NCBI GenBank assembly: GCA_031424355.1
Contig: JANPHI010000342.1
Coordinates: 6,394-70,393 of the forward strand
Origin: Betaproteobacteria bacterium
GTDB lineage: Bacteria > Pseudomonadota > Gammaproteobacteria > Burkholderiales > Burkholderiaceae_C
Direction of reading: 5' to 3'
Length of the DNA: 64,000 nucleotides
The translations under genes were made by a program, and so were the position numbers. The notes below the pieces were generated by a model that was given only the letters and a program-made list of their open reading frames with translations, had not been told where the DNA came from and did no database searches. Position 1 is the first letter of the stretch. Each line of letters begins with the position of its first letter. Below, piece after piece: positions 46,252 through 55,087 of the stretch.

Positions 46252-48479
46252 ATGCGACCCCCTTGAAAGCCCCTGTGAATGCTGCTGTGCTGACGTTTGA
46301 AGGCGGTGCGCGCGGCGCCCTGCTGGCCGTGATGTCGCTGTTGTGCGCAACCCTGCTGGGCTGCTCCACCCCCATCGAGCAGGCCAACCAGCTGGCCCGC
46401 GCCGGCCGCTACGACGAAGCCGTGGCCTTGCTGCAGAAAGCCGCAGCGGCCAACCCCTCCGACGAGGCGGTGCGCCTGCGCCTCTTGCGTGAACGTGCAG
46501 CCCGCGCCCAGCAACTGCTGCTGCAGGCCGAGGCCGCCCGCGCTGGCGGCCGGCTGGACGAAGCGCGACGCCTGATGGCCGCCGCCGAAACGCTAGATGG
46601 CAGCCACCCGCGCCTGTTGACGCTGCGCGCTGAACTGGACCGTGCCAGTGCGCGCAGCCGCCGTGTGACCACCGCGCAGCAGGCCTTCAGCGCCCGCCGC
46701 TACGACGAGGCCGCCGCCCTGGCTGGCGAGGTGCTGGCCGAAGAGCCCGGCCACCCGGCCGCTGCGCTGCTGCGCCGGCAGATCGCCGAGCAGCGCCCAC
46801 GCCCGCCGGCCGCACCGAGCCTGAACGCCGCCTTCCGTCAGCCGCTGACGCTGGAATTCCGCGACGCCCCGCTGCGCAGCGTTTTCGAGTCGCTGTCGCG
46901 CGGCTCGGGCATCGGCTTCGTCTTCGACCGCGAGGTGCGCGCCGACACCAAGGTCACGCTGATGCTGCGCGACACCACCCTGGACGAAGCCCTGCGCATC
47001 GTGCTGGGTACGCAGGGCCTGGAGCGCAAGCTGCTGAACGACAGCACGCTGCTGATCTTCCCCAACACCGCCGCCAAGCTGCGCGAACACCAGGACTTGT
47101 CCACCCGCGCTTTCTACCTGACCAACGTGGACGTCAAACAGGCGCAGACGATGGTGCGCACGCTGGCCAAGGTGCGCGACGTGCACATCGATGAACGCCT
47201 GAACCTGATGCTGGTGCGCGACACGCCCGAGGTGCTGCAGCTGGTGGAAAAGCTGATCGCCACCGTGGACATGCCCGACCCCGAAGTGATGCTGGAGGTG
47301 CAGGTGATGGAGGTGGCGTCGGACAAGCTCGACAGCTACGGCCTGCAGTGGCCCGAGGGCGCGTCTTTCGGCCTGCCGGGCGCCGCCGACGGCAGCACGG
47401 CGCCACCCAGCGTGGCCAACATCGGTGCCCGCAGCCTGTTTCGCGGCTGGACGGCCAACCCGGCTTTCATCGCCACCCTGCGCGGCAACAGCGGCGCCGC
47501 CACGCTGATCGCCAACCCGACTATCCGCGTGCGCAACCGAGAGAAGGCCCGCGTGCTGGTCGGCGACAAGCTGCCGGTGTTCACCACCACGGCCGTGGCC
47601 AACGCCGGGGTGTCGGCTTCGGTGAACTACCTCGACGTGGGTCTGAAGCTGGACATCGAACCCACGGTGCAACTGGGCAACGACGTGTCGATGCGGGTGC
47701 AGTTGGAGGTGAGCAACCTGATCAAGGAAGTCAGCGGCCCCAGCGGTTCGCTGGCCTACCAGGTCGGCACGCGGCTGGCGTCCACCGTGCTGCGCCTGGC
47801 GGATGGCGAAACCCAGGTGCTGGCCGGCCTGATCAACGACGAAGACCGGCGCCGCGCCATCGGCGTGCCGGGGCTGTCCACCTTGCCGGTGCTGGGCGCG
47901 CTGTTCGGCGTGCAGAGCGACAGCCGCGCCAAGACCGAGGTGGTGCTGCTGATCACGCCGCGCGTGGTGCGCAACGTGGCCATGCCCGGCTACGACGGGC
48001 TGGTGTTCGACGCCGGCAACGACGCCAACCCCGGCGCGTTGCCGCTGCGACTGAGCGCGGCGGCGAAGACGTCGGTGGGCCTGTCCGGTGGCGGTGCGGT
48101 GCCGGCAGCGGCCAGCGCGGGCACGGCGGCAGCGCCCACGCAGGAAGGCGCGTTGCTGCTCAGCAGCAGCGGCACGGCGCGCGTCGGTGAGACGGTGTCC
48201 GTCACCTTGCGCAATGAATCGGCGTGGGCCGCGCGCGGCGAACTGAACTTCGACGCCCAGTTCCTGCAGATCGCCAGCGGCGAGCCGGCCGATGGCGGCC
48301 GCCTGCCCTTCGAACTGGCGCCGCGCGCCGAGAAGGTGCTGGTGTTCCGCGTGCTGCCCACCGCGCGCGGGCAAAGCCTGAACCTGACGCTGGGCGCAGT
48401 CGCTGCCAAAAGGCCCGACGGCAGCGGCGTGCTGCTGCCCGTGAGCGGCGACGCGATGATCGACGTAGTGGCGGAATGA
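46248..48479 (+). CDS. gspD: Secretin (GspD-like) with lipobox, TPR-like N-terminus and extra C-terminal domain
   Basis: LLGC lipobox; LEFRDAPLR, DERLN, PEVMLEVQVMEV, ANPTIRV, YLDVGLKL, DGETQVLAGLI, PVLGALF, TEVVLLITPR. Start GTG 46248 or ATG 46332. Confidence 0.92.
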   Translation: MNATPLKAPVNAAVLTFEGGARGALLAVMSLLCATLLGCSTPIEQANQLARAGRYDEAVALLQKAAAANPSDEAVRLRLLRERAARAQQLLLQAEAARAGGRLDEARRLMAAAETLDGSHPRLLTLRAELDRASARSRRVTTAQQAFSARRYDEAAALAGEVLAEEPGHPAAALLRRQIAEQRPRPPAAPSLNAAFRQPLTLEFRDAPLRSVFESLSRGSGIGFVFDREVRADTKVTLMLRDTTLDEALRIVLGTQGLERKLLNDSTLLIFPNTAAKLREHQDLSTRAFYLTNVDVKQAQTMVRTLAKVRDVHIDERLNLMLVRDTPEVLQLVEKLIATVDMPDPEVMLEVQVMEVASDKLDSYGLQWPEGASFGLPGAADGSTAPPSVANIGARSLFRGWTANPAFIATLRGNSGAATLIANPTIRVRNREKARVLVGDKLPVFTTTAVANAGVSASVNYLDVGLKLDIEPTVQLGNDVSMRVQLEVSNLIKEVSGPSGSLAYQVGTRLASTVLRLADGETQVLAGLINDEDRRRAIGVPGLSTLPVLGALFGVQSDSRAKTEVVLLITPRVVRNVAMPGYDGLVFDAGNDANPGALPLRLSAAAKTSVGLSGGGAVPAAASAGTAAAPTQEGALLLSSSGTARVGETVSVTLRNESAWAARGELNFDAQFLQIASGEPADGGRLPFELAPRAEKVLVFRVLPTARGQSLNLTLGAVAAKRPDGSGVLLPVSGDAMIDVVAE

Positions 48480-48973
48480 GCGCAGGCGGGTCGCAGCAGC
48501 GAGGGCAACCGCGCAACAGCGGCTTCACGCTGATCGAACTGCTGGCGGTGGTCGCCATCGTCGGCATCCTGGCCGCCGCCGCGCGGCCGCTGTGGACGCT
48601 GACGGTGCGCCGCGCGCAAGAGCAGGAACTGCGCAGCGCGCTGCGCCAGATACGCACGGCCATCGACGCCCACAAGCAGGCCAGCGACCAGCACCTGATC
48701 GCCACGCCAGCCGGTGCCAGCGGCTACCCAGCCAGTTTGCAGCGCCTCGTCCAAGGCGTACCGCTGGCGGCCAATCCCGAACAGCGCCTGTACTTCCTGC
48801 GCCGCCTGCCGCGCGACCCGCTGGCCGACCGCAGCCTGCCGGCCGCACAGACCTGGCAGTTGCGCAGCAGCAGCAGCCCGCTCGAGCGGCCGGCCCCGGG
48901 TGCGGATGTCTTCGACGTGATGCCGCGCGCCAGCGGCCTGGCGCTGGACGGCAGCGCCTACGGCGACTGGTGA
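48476..48973 (+). CDS. Pseudopilin (GspG/PulG-like)
   Basis: SG|FTLIELLAVVAIVGIL; LRQIRTAIDA; FLRRLPRDP. Confidence 0.9.
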   Translation: MSAGGSQQRGQPRNSGFTLIELLAVVAIVGILAAAARPLWTLTVRRAQEQELRSALRQIRTAIDAHKQASDQHLIATPAGASGYPASLQRLVQGVPLAANPEQRLYFLRRLPRDPLADRSLPAAQTWQLRSSSSPLERPAPGADVFDVMPRASGLALDGSAYGDW

Positions 48974-48980
48974 GACCGCG

Positions 48981-49370
48981 ATGAACGGGCGACGCCGGAG
49001 GCGCGGCTTCACGCTGATCGAACTGCTGGTGGTGATGGCCATCATCGGCCTGCTGGCTGCTGTCGCCGTGCCGCGCTACGTGGACGGCGTGGACCGCGCC
49101 CGCGAGGCCGCGCTGAAGAGTTCTCTGGCCACGGTGCGCGACGCCATCGACCAGTACGCCGCTGACCAGGGCCGCTATCCCGACACGCTGCACGACCTGG
49201 TGCGTGCCCGCTACCTGCGCGAACAGCCCGAAGACCCCGTCACCCGCCGCCGCGACAGCTGGGTGACGGTGGTGCCGCCGCGCGACAGTGCCATCCCCGG
49301 CCGCGTCTTCGACGTGCGCAGCGGCGCAGCCGGCCGCGCACGCGACGGTCGGCTGTACGCCGACCTCTGA
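48981..49370 (+). CDS. Pseudopilin (GspG-like)
   Basis: RRRRRG|FTLIELLVVMAIIGLL; AIDQY..D.GRYP. Confidence 0.92.
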   Translation: MNGRRRRRGFTLIELLVVMAIIGLLAAVAVPRYVDGVDRAREAALKSSLATVRDAIDQYAADQGRYPDTLHDLVRARYLREQPEDPVTRRRDSWVTVVPPRDSAIPGRVFDVRSGAAGRARDGRLYADL

Positions 49371-49377
49371 CCGGGCT

Positions 49378-49878
49378 GTGGCTGCACGGCACCATCACCA
49401 CCCGCTGCGCCGGCGGACCTGCGGCTTCACCTACCTGGGCGTGCTGCTGCTGGTGGTGTTGATGGGCACGCTGCTGGCCGGGCTGGGACAGCGCGCCACG
49501 CTGCTGGCCGAGCGCGAACGCGAACGCGAGCTGCTGTTTCGCGGTGAACAGATCCGCCGCGCGATCGTGTCCTACCGCGCCGCTGCCGAGCCGCCCACGT
49601 GGCCCGCCAGCCTGCAAGACCTTCTGGCCGACCGCCGCAGCGGTGTGGTGCGCCACCACCTGCGCCGAGCCTACGCCGACCCGTTCACGCGCCAGACCGA
49701 CTGGGTGGTGATCCCTGCTCCAGAACCGGCCCAAGGTTGGATGGGTGTGCACAGCCGTGCCACCGCCCGCCGCCTGCTGCAGCACGAAGGCCCGCAACCC
49801 GACAACGGGCCGCTGTTGTCGGACTGGCACTTTGTCGCCGCAGACACAGTGCCGGAAAAGCCCGGCCTGCCCAAATAG
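49378..49878 (+). CDS. Pseudopilin lacking Glu5 (G|FTYLG type)
   Basis: CG|[14 protein letters not shown]; ERELLFRG; HLRRAYADP; GTG start. Confidence 0.85.
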   Translation: MAARHHHHPLRRRTCGFTYLGVLLLVVLMGTLLAGLGQRATLLAERERERELLFRGEQIRRAIVSYRAAAEPPTWPASLQDLLADRRSGVVRHHLRRAYADPFTRQTDWVVIPAPEPAQGWMGVHSRATARRLLQHEGPQPDNGPLLSDWHFVAADTVPEKPGLPK

Positions 49879-49893
49879 GGCGAAGAGGGCGCA

Positions 49894-49912
49894 TAGCCCG
49901 AACGGCGCATGC
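49894..49912. promoter_or_regulatory. Second copy of putative operator
   Basis: TAGCCCGAACGGCGCATGC, 18/19 identical to 39966-39984; intergenic. Confidence 0.55.
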
Positions 49913-49995
49913 CGGTGTCTCGAATCCGGATCGGCCGTCATGGTCGCTGGCTAGTCTGCGTCGCTGGGAGCATCGGCCCCCATTGGAGTTTTGAC

Positions 49996-51018
49996 ATGCC
50001 CGTTCCCTCGCCTTGCCCCCGTCCTGCCACCCACCGCCAGATCCCGGTCGCGCTGGCAGCGCTGTTCGCCGCCTGCGCCATGTTGCCCGGGTGTGGCGGC
50101 GGCGGCGGCACTGCCGCCAGCGAGCCCGTGGCGGGTACCCCCGCTCCGTCGCCCAGCCCGGCCACCATGCCCAGCGCGCCGACAGCCGCCATCACGTCCA
50201 GTCAGTTGGCCGCCACCGCACTGGTCACCGACACGCTGCAACGCAGCCGCGACATGCGCCTGGCCGGCGGCCTCACCTCGGGCGTGCAGACCGGCGCCAC
50301 GGGCGCAGGGCCTTCCGCGGTGGACCTGCTGACGCGCAGCCACATCCGGTCGGTGTCGGACTATTCCAGTACCTTGTGCAGCAGCGGCAAGTCGACCATC
50401 GAAATCGCCGACGCCGTGCTGGTCCGCTTCCAGGCCGACCCGAATGCCCAGATGGTGGTGGGCGACACCATCACGCTGACCAGCACGCAGTGCGTGGTCA
50501 AGGCGGCGGTGGAACTGGGCGCCGTGGCGCTGGGCGACTTCGGGGTGGGCTCGACAGTGGACGGCCAATTCGCCCTGCAACTGGTGTCGCGCAGCGGTAC
50601 CGACGCCGTCTTCACGATGCGCTACACCGGCTTCAGCTACACGCCCTTCGGCGGTACGGCCTTCGCGCCGCTGGACGCCGTGCTGCGCTTCGGCACCGAA
50701 GGCGGCCTCAGCGTGTACGCGCTGGACATCCCCAACACCCGCTTCACCGCCACGCCCAAGGTGGCGACGGCGGGTAATGTGGTCACGGTGACCGCCGGGG
50801 CCCTGCGCGGCCTGGCACCGGCCGCCGTTGGCAGCGGCTACATCGACTACAGCTTCACCGGCTGGGTGTTCGACAGCGTGCTGGCGCAAGGGGCCACTGG
50901 CACGGTGCGCATCACCGGCGCCAGCACCACTTCGGCGGTCATCACGGTGGCGGGCAGCAACTACAGCGTGGCCATCACTGCGGGCGGCAAGACCGACAGC
51001 TACCTCGTCGGCCGCTGA
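49996..51018 (+). CDS. Hypothetical lipoprotein
   Basis: GGAG RBS; lipobox LPGC followed by GGGGG and a Pro-rich linker; beta-rich body with CSSG. Confidence 0.8.
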   Translation: MPVPSPCPRPATHRQIPVALAALFAACAMLPGCGGGGGTAASEPVAGTPAPSPSPATMPSAPTAAITSSQLAATALVTDTLQRSRDMRLAGGLTSGVQTGATGAGPSAVDLLTRSHIRSVSDYSSTLCSSGKSTIEIADAVLVRFQADPNAQMVVGDTITLTSTQCVVKAAVELGAVALGDFGVGSTVDGQFALQLVSRSGTDAVFTMRYTGFSYTPFGGTAFAPLDAVLRFGTEGGLSVYALDIPNTRFTATPKVATAGNVVTVTAGALRGLAPAAVGSGYIDYSFTGWVFDSVLAQGATGTVRITGASTTSAVITVAGSNYSVAITAGGKTDSYLVGR

Positions 51019-51046
51019 AACCCCGCAGGCAGGCGGTGCCCAAGGC

Positions 51047-51061
51047 GGTCCGAACGGACTA
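51047..51061. promoter_or_regulatory. Putative operator (palindromic variant)
   Basis: GGTCCGAACGGACTA (GTCC-GAAC-GGAC) with the same CCGAACGG core; upstream of 51289. Confidence 0.45.
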
Positions 51062-51288
51062 TTGGGCGGACCGCAACGCACATGCGCTGTCACTGTCGCT
51101 GGGCATCATCGTGTGCAGCACTTCACAGCTTGTTCTTTTGTCCGACCCACGGGCCGCCACTGCGGCCCCCGCCCAGACCCGATCGCCGCCCAGACCGCGC
51201 AAGCGCCTGCCAGGCCAGTGATGGGATTTCAGGCGACCCGATGGCCACCCGGCCACACCACCGACTTTCCATCTGTACCGGAGGAACC

Positions 51289-52077
51289 ATGCAATTCCAC
51301 AAATTCGCCCTGGCTGCCACGCTGGCCCTGACCGGTGTTGCCGCCTCGGCCAGCATCATTGGCGCTGGCGGGCCCGACGTGGCTTCGAACAACGCCGAGA
51401 TCCTGCTGATCGTCTGGAGCCCCACCACCGAATCGAACTACGTGCTGGACACCGGCCTGCGGCTCAACGCCATGGCCGGCACCACCAGCTTCAGCGCACC
51501 GGTCACCGCGCTGTACAGCGGCTCGACATTGGCCGTGGCTGCTGATGCCCGCTGGGCCGTCGTCGGCTTCGACACCTTCGGCGATGCCTTCCCCGATGGC
51601 GAGGGCGACAACATCTCGCTGTACACCACGGTCAGCAAGACCTCGGCCTTCACGGGCCTGGCACCGGGCATGAGCGGCGACGGCCTGCAGAACGCCACGG
51701 CCACCTGGCAGAACTTCACCGCGCTGACCAACGGCAAGGGCACCCACCCGACGCTGACGAACGGCTCGTCGCTGGTGACCAAGACCGACGGCCAGGTCTA
51801 CTGGCTGGACAGCTTCAGCCCGGCCGGCAACTACAGCGGCCAGTTCGCCTACAACGACGGCAACGCTGTCGGCACGGCCAGCAAGTTCTACCGCTTCTCG
51901 GCCACCGACCTGTTCGACAGCAGCCTGCCCGTGACGGTGCAGACCTTTGCCGGCCAGTGGAACTTCGATGGCGCGAATGTCAGCTACACGACGGTTGCAG
52001 TCCCCGAGCCGGGCACCTACGCCCTGTTGCTCGCCGGCCTGGCCGCCGTGGGCTTCGTGGCCCGCCGCCGCGCCTGA
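51289..52077 (+). CDS. PEP-CTERM sorting-domain protein
   Basis: GGAGG RBS; signal peptide; VPEPGTYALLLAGLAAVGFVARRRA. Confidence 0.93.
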   Translation: MQFHKFALAATLALTGVAASASIIGAGGPDVASNNAEILLIVWSPTTESNYVLDTGLRLNAMAGTTSFSAPVTALYSGSTLAVAADARWAVVGFDTFGDAFPDGEGDNISLYTTVSKTSAFTGLAPGMSGDGLQNATATWQNFTALTNGKGTHPTLTNGSSLVTKTDGQVYWLDSFSPAGNYSGQFAYNDGNAVGTASKFYRFSATDLFDSSLPVTVQTFAGQWNFDGANVSYTTVAVPEPGTYALLLAGLAAVGFVARRRA

Positions 52078-52103
52078 TCTGAACTGAATCCATCCGCGTT
52101 GCA

Positions 52104-52125
52104 ACCCGGCCGCCAGCGGCCGGGT
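52104..52125 (+). other. Intergenic GC-rich hairpin without U-tract
   Basis: ACCCGGCCGC-CA-GCGGCCGGGT. Confidence 0.6.
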
Positions 52126-52163
52126 CTGGCCGCGCCTTTGTCCAAATCCCGGAAAGACACACC

Positions 52164-53717
52164 ATGAAACTGCACACCAACCTGCACCAGATCGCCCTCG
52201 CGGCCGCCCTCGTCGCCACGGCCGGCGCTGCCCAGGCCGCTGCCTTTGGCGGCGTGCCCGACATGACCAAGCTGGCCATCGTCGAAGCCGTCGACGGCTC
52301 GACCACCGCCACCTACAACGGCGCTGCCGTGGACAACCTGCTGCTGATCTCGGGCGCTTCGGCTTCGTCCAAGACCATCGGCGCCTTCGTCATCAGCGAC
52401 AACTGCGACACCAGCACGCTGAGCGTGGCCTGGGACAGCGCCACGGGCGGCAACTACCGCGGCTACGCCTGCGACGCCAAGGCTGGCAATGTGCTGGGTG
52501 TCGGCACCGGCACCAGCCTGGTCATCGTCAAGCGCGACGCGGGCGGTTCGACCCAGGGCGTGCTGCCCATCGCCACGCCGGCCAAGATCGCCTTCATGAA
52601 CTTCACCAGCTGCACCGCCGTGGCCGGCAGCCCGGCCGCCAGCCTGAACGTGCCCAACTACACCTGCACCGGCACCAGCACCTACTACCCGGACGCGGGC
52701 ACCTCCGACGTCGAGCCGGCCATCATCGCCCTGTCGGTGAACGGCGGCCCCGGCACGCTGGCTGTGAGCGGCTCGCTGACCACCACGCCCATCTTCCAGC
52801 AGATCATCGGCGTGGCCGTCAACACCAAGCTGTACCGCGCGCTGCAAGCCACGCAGGGCCTGACCGCCGACGACAAGGAAGCCAACCGGCCTTCCCTGCC
52901 CAGCGACTTCGTCACCTCGGCTGTCGCCGGCAAGCTGACCGGCGGCACCACCACCGTCGAGTCCAAGAAGGGCTGGGGGCTGGTCGTGGCTGACACCGTG
53001 GACACCTCGGTCCACAAGAAGCAGATCAACATCTGCCGCCGCGCCATCGGCTCGGGCACGCAGGCTGCAGCCTTCTTGAAGTTCCAGGATCTGGGCTGCA
53101 CGGGTGGCGCCCTGGGTGCCTTCTCCAACACCACGGCGCTCAGCGTGGTCGGTGCCGGCACCTCGTCCAATGCCACGGCCTACACCTCCACCGGCCTGGT
53201 TGAAGGCTGCCTGGGCACGGTCAACGCATTGCCCGACACCGGCTTCGGCGCGGCCTATGCGATCGGCCACATCGGCCGCGACAACGACCCCTTCGCCAAC
53301 GGCGGCGACAAGGGCTACCGCTTCGTGAAGCTGGACGGCGCGCAGCCCGAAGCCCACCCGAACACCGTTTCGGGCGCCTGTGACGCCACAGCCGGTGGCG
53401 GCGATCGTGCCTTCGCCGGCTGCACCGACGCGCAATCGGGCCGCTACAACTACGTCTACGAGTCGACCATGCAATACAACAGCAGCACGCCCGGCAACGC
53501 GGCCAAGCTGAGCCTGTTGTCCAACATGGCCACCAAGGGCTTCACGGGCACGCAGTTGCAAGGCAACCCGGCGGCCGTCATCGCCGGCGTGATGGCGCTG
53601 CCGACCAGCTACACGGGCAACTTCGGCGCCCTGGCTGCCACCGACGTGGGTCGCCTCTACGGTTCGCGCGTGACCCGCGCCGCCAACAGCTGCACGCCGC
53701 TGTACATCAGCAAATAA
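52164..53717 (+). CDS. Secreted Cys-rich protein with PstS/DING-like phosphate-binding motifs
   Basis: Signal peptide ending AQA; ISGASA, GGSTQG, DAGTSDVEP, CRRAIGSGTQ in PstS order; 10 Cys. Confidence 0.7.
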   Translation: MKLHTNLHQIALAAALVATAGAAQAAAFGGVPDMTKLAIVEAVDGSTTATYNGAAVDNLLLISGASASSKTIGAFVISDNCDTSTLSVAWDSATGGNYRGYACDAKAGNVLGVGTGTSLVIVKRDAGGSTQGVLPIATPAKIAFMNFTSCTAVAGSPAASLNVPNYTCTGTSTYYPDAGTSDVEPAIIALSVNGGPGTLAVSGSLTTTPIFQQIIGVAVNTKLYRALQATQGLTADDKEANRPSLPSDFVTSAVAGKLTGGTTTVESKKGWGLVVADTVDTSVHKKQINICRRAIGSGTQAAAFLKFQDLGCTGGALGAFSNTTALSVVGAGTSSNATAYTSTGLVEGCLGTVNALPDTGFGAAYAIGHIGRDNDPFANGGDKGYRFVKLDGAQPEAHPNTVSGACDATAGGGDRAFAGCTDAQSGRYNYVYESTMQYNSSTPGNAAKLSLLSNMATKGFTGTQLQGNPAAVIAGVMALPTSYTGNFGALAATDVGRLYGSRVTRAANSCTPLYISK

Positions 53718-53774
53718 GGCGCCAGCGCGGACCTCGGGTGCGACCCTGCACCCGTCCCGCTGAACAACACCGAA

Positions 53775-53810
53775 GAGGGCGCTGCCAAGGCTGCGCCCTC
53801 ATTTCGATTT
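53775..53810 (+). terminator. Probable intrinsic terminator/attenuating hairpin
   Basis: GAGGGCGC-TGCCAAGGCT-GCGCCCTC followed by ATTTCGATTT. Confidence 0.5.
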
Positions 53811-53868
53811 CAGCACTTCCGTGTGCGCACCGCTGCGCGCCGCGCCCGGATTTTCGCCTGGAGACACC

Positions 53869-55077
53869 GTGAAGAACCCGACCACCGCCCCGCTGTTCCA
53901 TCCCACTTCCCGCGTCTGGCTGTGCAAGGCGGCCGCAACGCTGACAGCGCTGGCCTGTTTCGGTACGGCACAGGCCAGCTGGCAGGTGGACAGCACCAGC
54001 ACCAGCACGGTTGAGCTGACCTTCATGGCCTGGGACAACAACGGCAGTTCGCCCAAGCTGGTCTTCGTCAAGGACCTCGGCATCACGATGAGCAACTTCT
54101 TCACCAATGCCCAGGTTGACGCCGGCACGCAGCTGTACTGGTACCTCGGCGGCACCGACGACGCGACCTGGGATGCCTTCCTGAACACCGACGTCAGCAC
54201 CGGCGTGAAGCCGGATGTCTCGAAGATTCGCTGGTCCGTGTTCGCCGAGGCCCAGCCCGGCGGCAATTCGCCGGAGCCCGGCGCTTACCAGCTGTACACC
54301 ACCAACCTGCAGGGCCTGAGCGGCAGTGCGGCCACCATCCTGGGCCTCAGCACCGTCTCGGGTGACTTCCTGACCAACACCTCGGCCTCGATCGAGGCCT
54401 TCTACGGCGGCAACAAGAACAGCGGCACGCTGGGCACTGCCGAGAACGGCTCGGCGCTGATCAAGGCCACCGACGGCCCGTCCAAATTCCCCTTCGACCC
54501 CGGCATGCTGCTGGGCGTGGGCAACCAGGTCACCTTCGGCAACCAGATCGGGCGCGGCACGGGCAACCTCATCGGGCAATCGTCCTGGTTCTACGCGCTG
54601 ACCGGCAGCGACCTCTTCGATTCATCGCTGCCCATCACCATCGACGAATTCGACAACCTGACCAACGACGGCTACTGGGGCCTGGCAGCGGCCAGCGCCA
54701 CCGACAAGGCCGGCCAATACTTCCTCAGCTACAACCTGAACGGCACGGTGACGGCGCTGGAAGCCCGTAGCGGCACCTTGGCCAGCAACAACTTCGCCCG
54801 GCTGGCAGGGGTGCTCAGCCTCAGCAGTTCAGCCGGCAAGGGACTGACGGTGCTGAACATGACCGAGAGCTTCCTGCGCGGTTTCTCGAAGGTGGCCGCG
54901 TCGCTGCCCAGCGCTGCCGGTGACGAGCTGGCGCACGCCTTGGCCAGTGATGGCGCGCTGGACCTGCCCAGCCCCAGCGCCGTGCCCGAAGCCGGCAGCG
55001 CCGTGCTGACGGGTGCGGGCCTGGCCCTGCTGGCCGGCCTGCAACTGCGCCGCCGCCGCGCCCACGCAAGCCGCTGA
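53869..55077 (+). CDS. PEP-CTERM-type protein (VPEAG variant), paralogue of 51289-52077
   Basis: GGAG RBS and GTG start; signal peptide; SDLFDSSLPITI; VPEAGSAVL-TM-RRRR. Confidence 0.85.
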   Translation: MKNPTTAPLFHPTSRVWLCKAAATLTALACFGTAQASWQVDSTSTSTVELTFMAWDNNGSSPKLVFVKDLGITMSNFFTNAQVDAGTQLYWYLGGTDDATWDAFLNTDVSTGVKPDVSKIRWSVFAEAQPGGNSPEPGAYQLYTTNLQGLSGSAATILGLSTVSGDFLTNTSASIEAFYGGNKNSGTLGTAENGSALIKATDGPSKFPFDPGMLLGVGNQVTFGNQIGRGTGNLIGQSSWFYALTGSDLFDSSLPITIDEFDNLTNDGYWGLAAASATDKAGQYFLSYNLNGTVTALEARSGTLASNNFARLAGVLSLSSSAGKGLTVLNMTESFLRGFSKVAASLPSAAGDELAHALASDGALDLPSPSAVPEAGSAVLTGAGLALLAGLQLRRRRAHASR

Positions 55078-55087
55078 CTCAGGCGCT

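Noticed and set aside
53771-53782. CGAAGAGGGCGC identical to 49881-49892 as another operator copy
   Set aside because: It overlaps a hairpin arm and lacks the CCGAACGG core; probably coincidental
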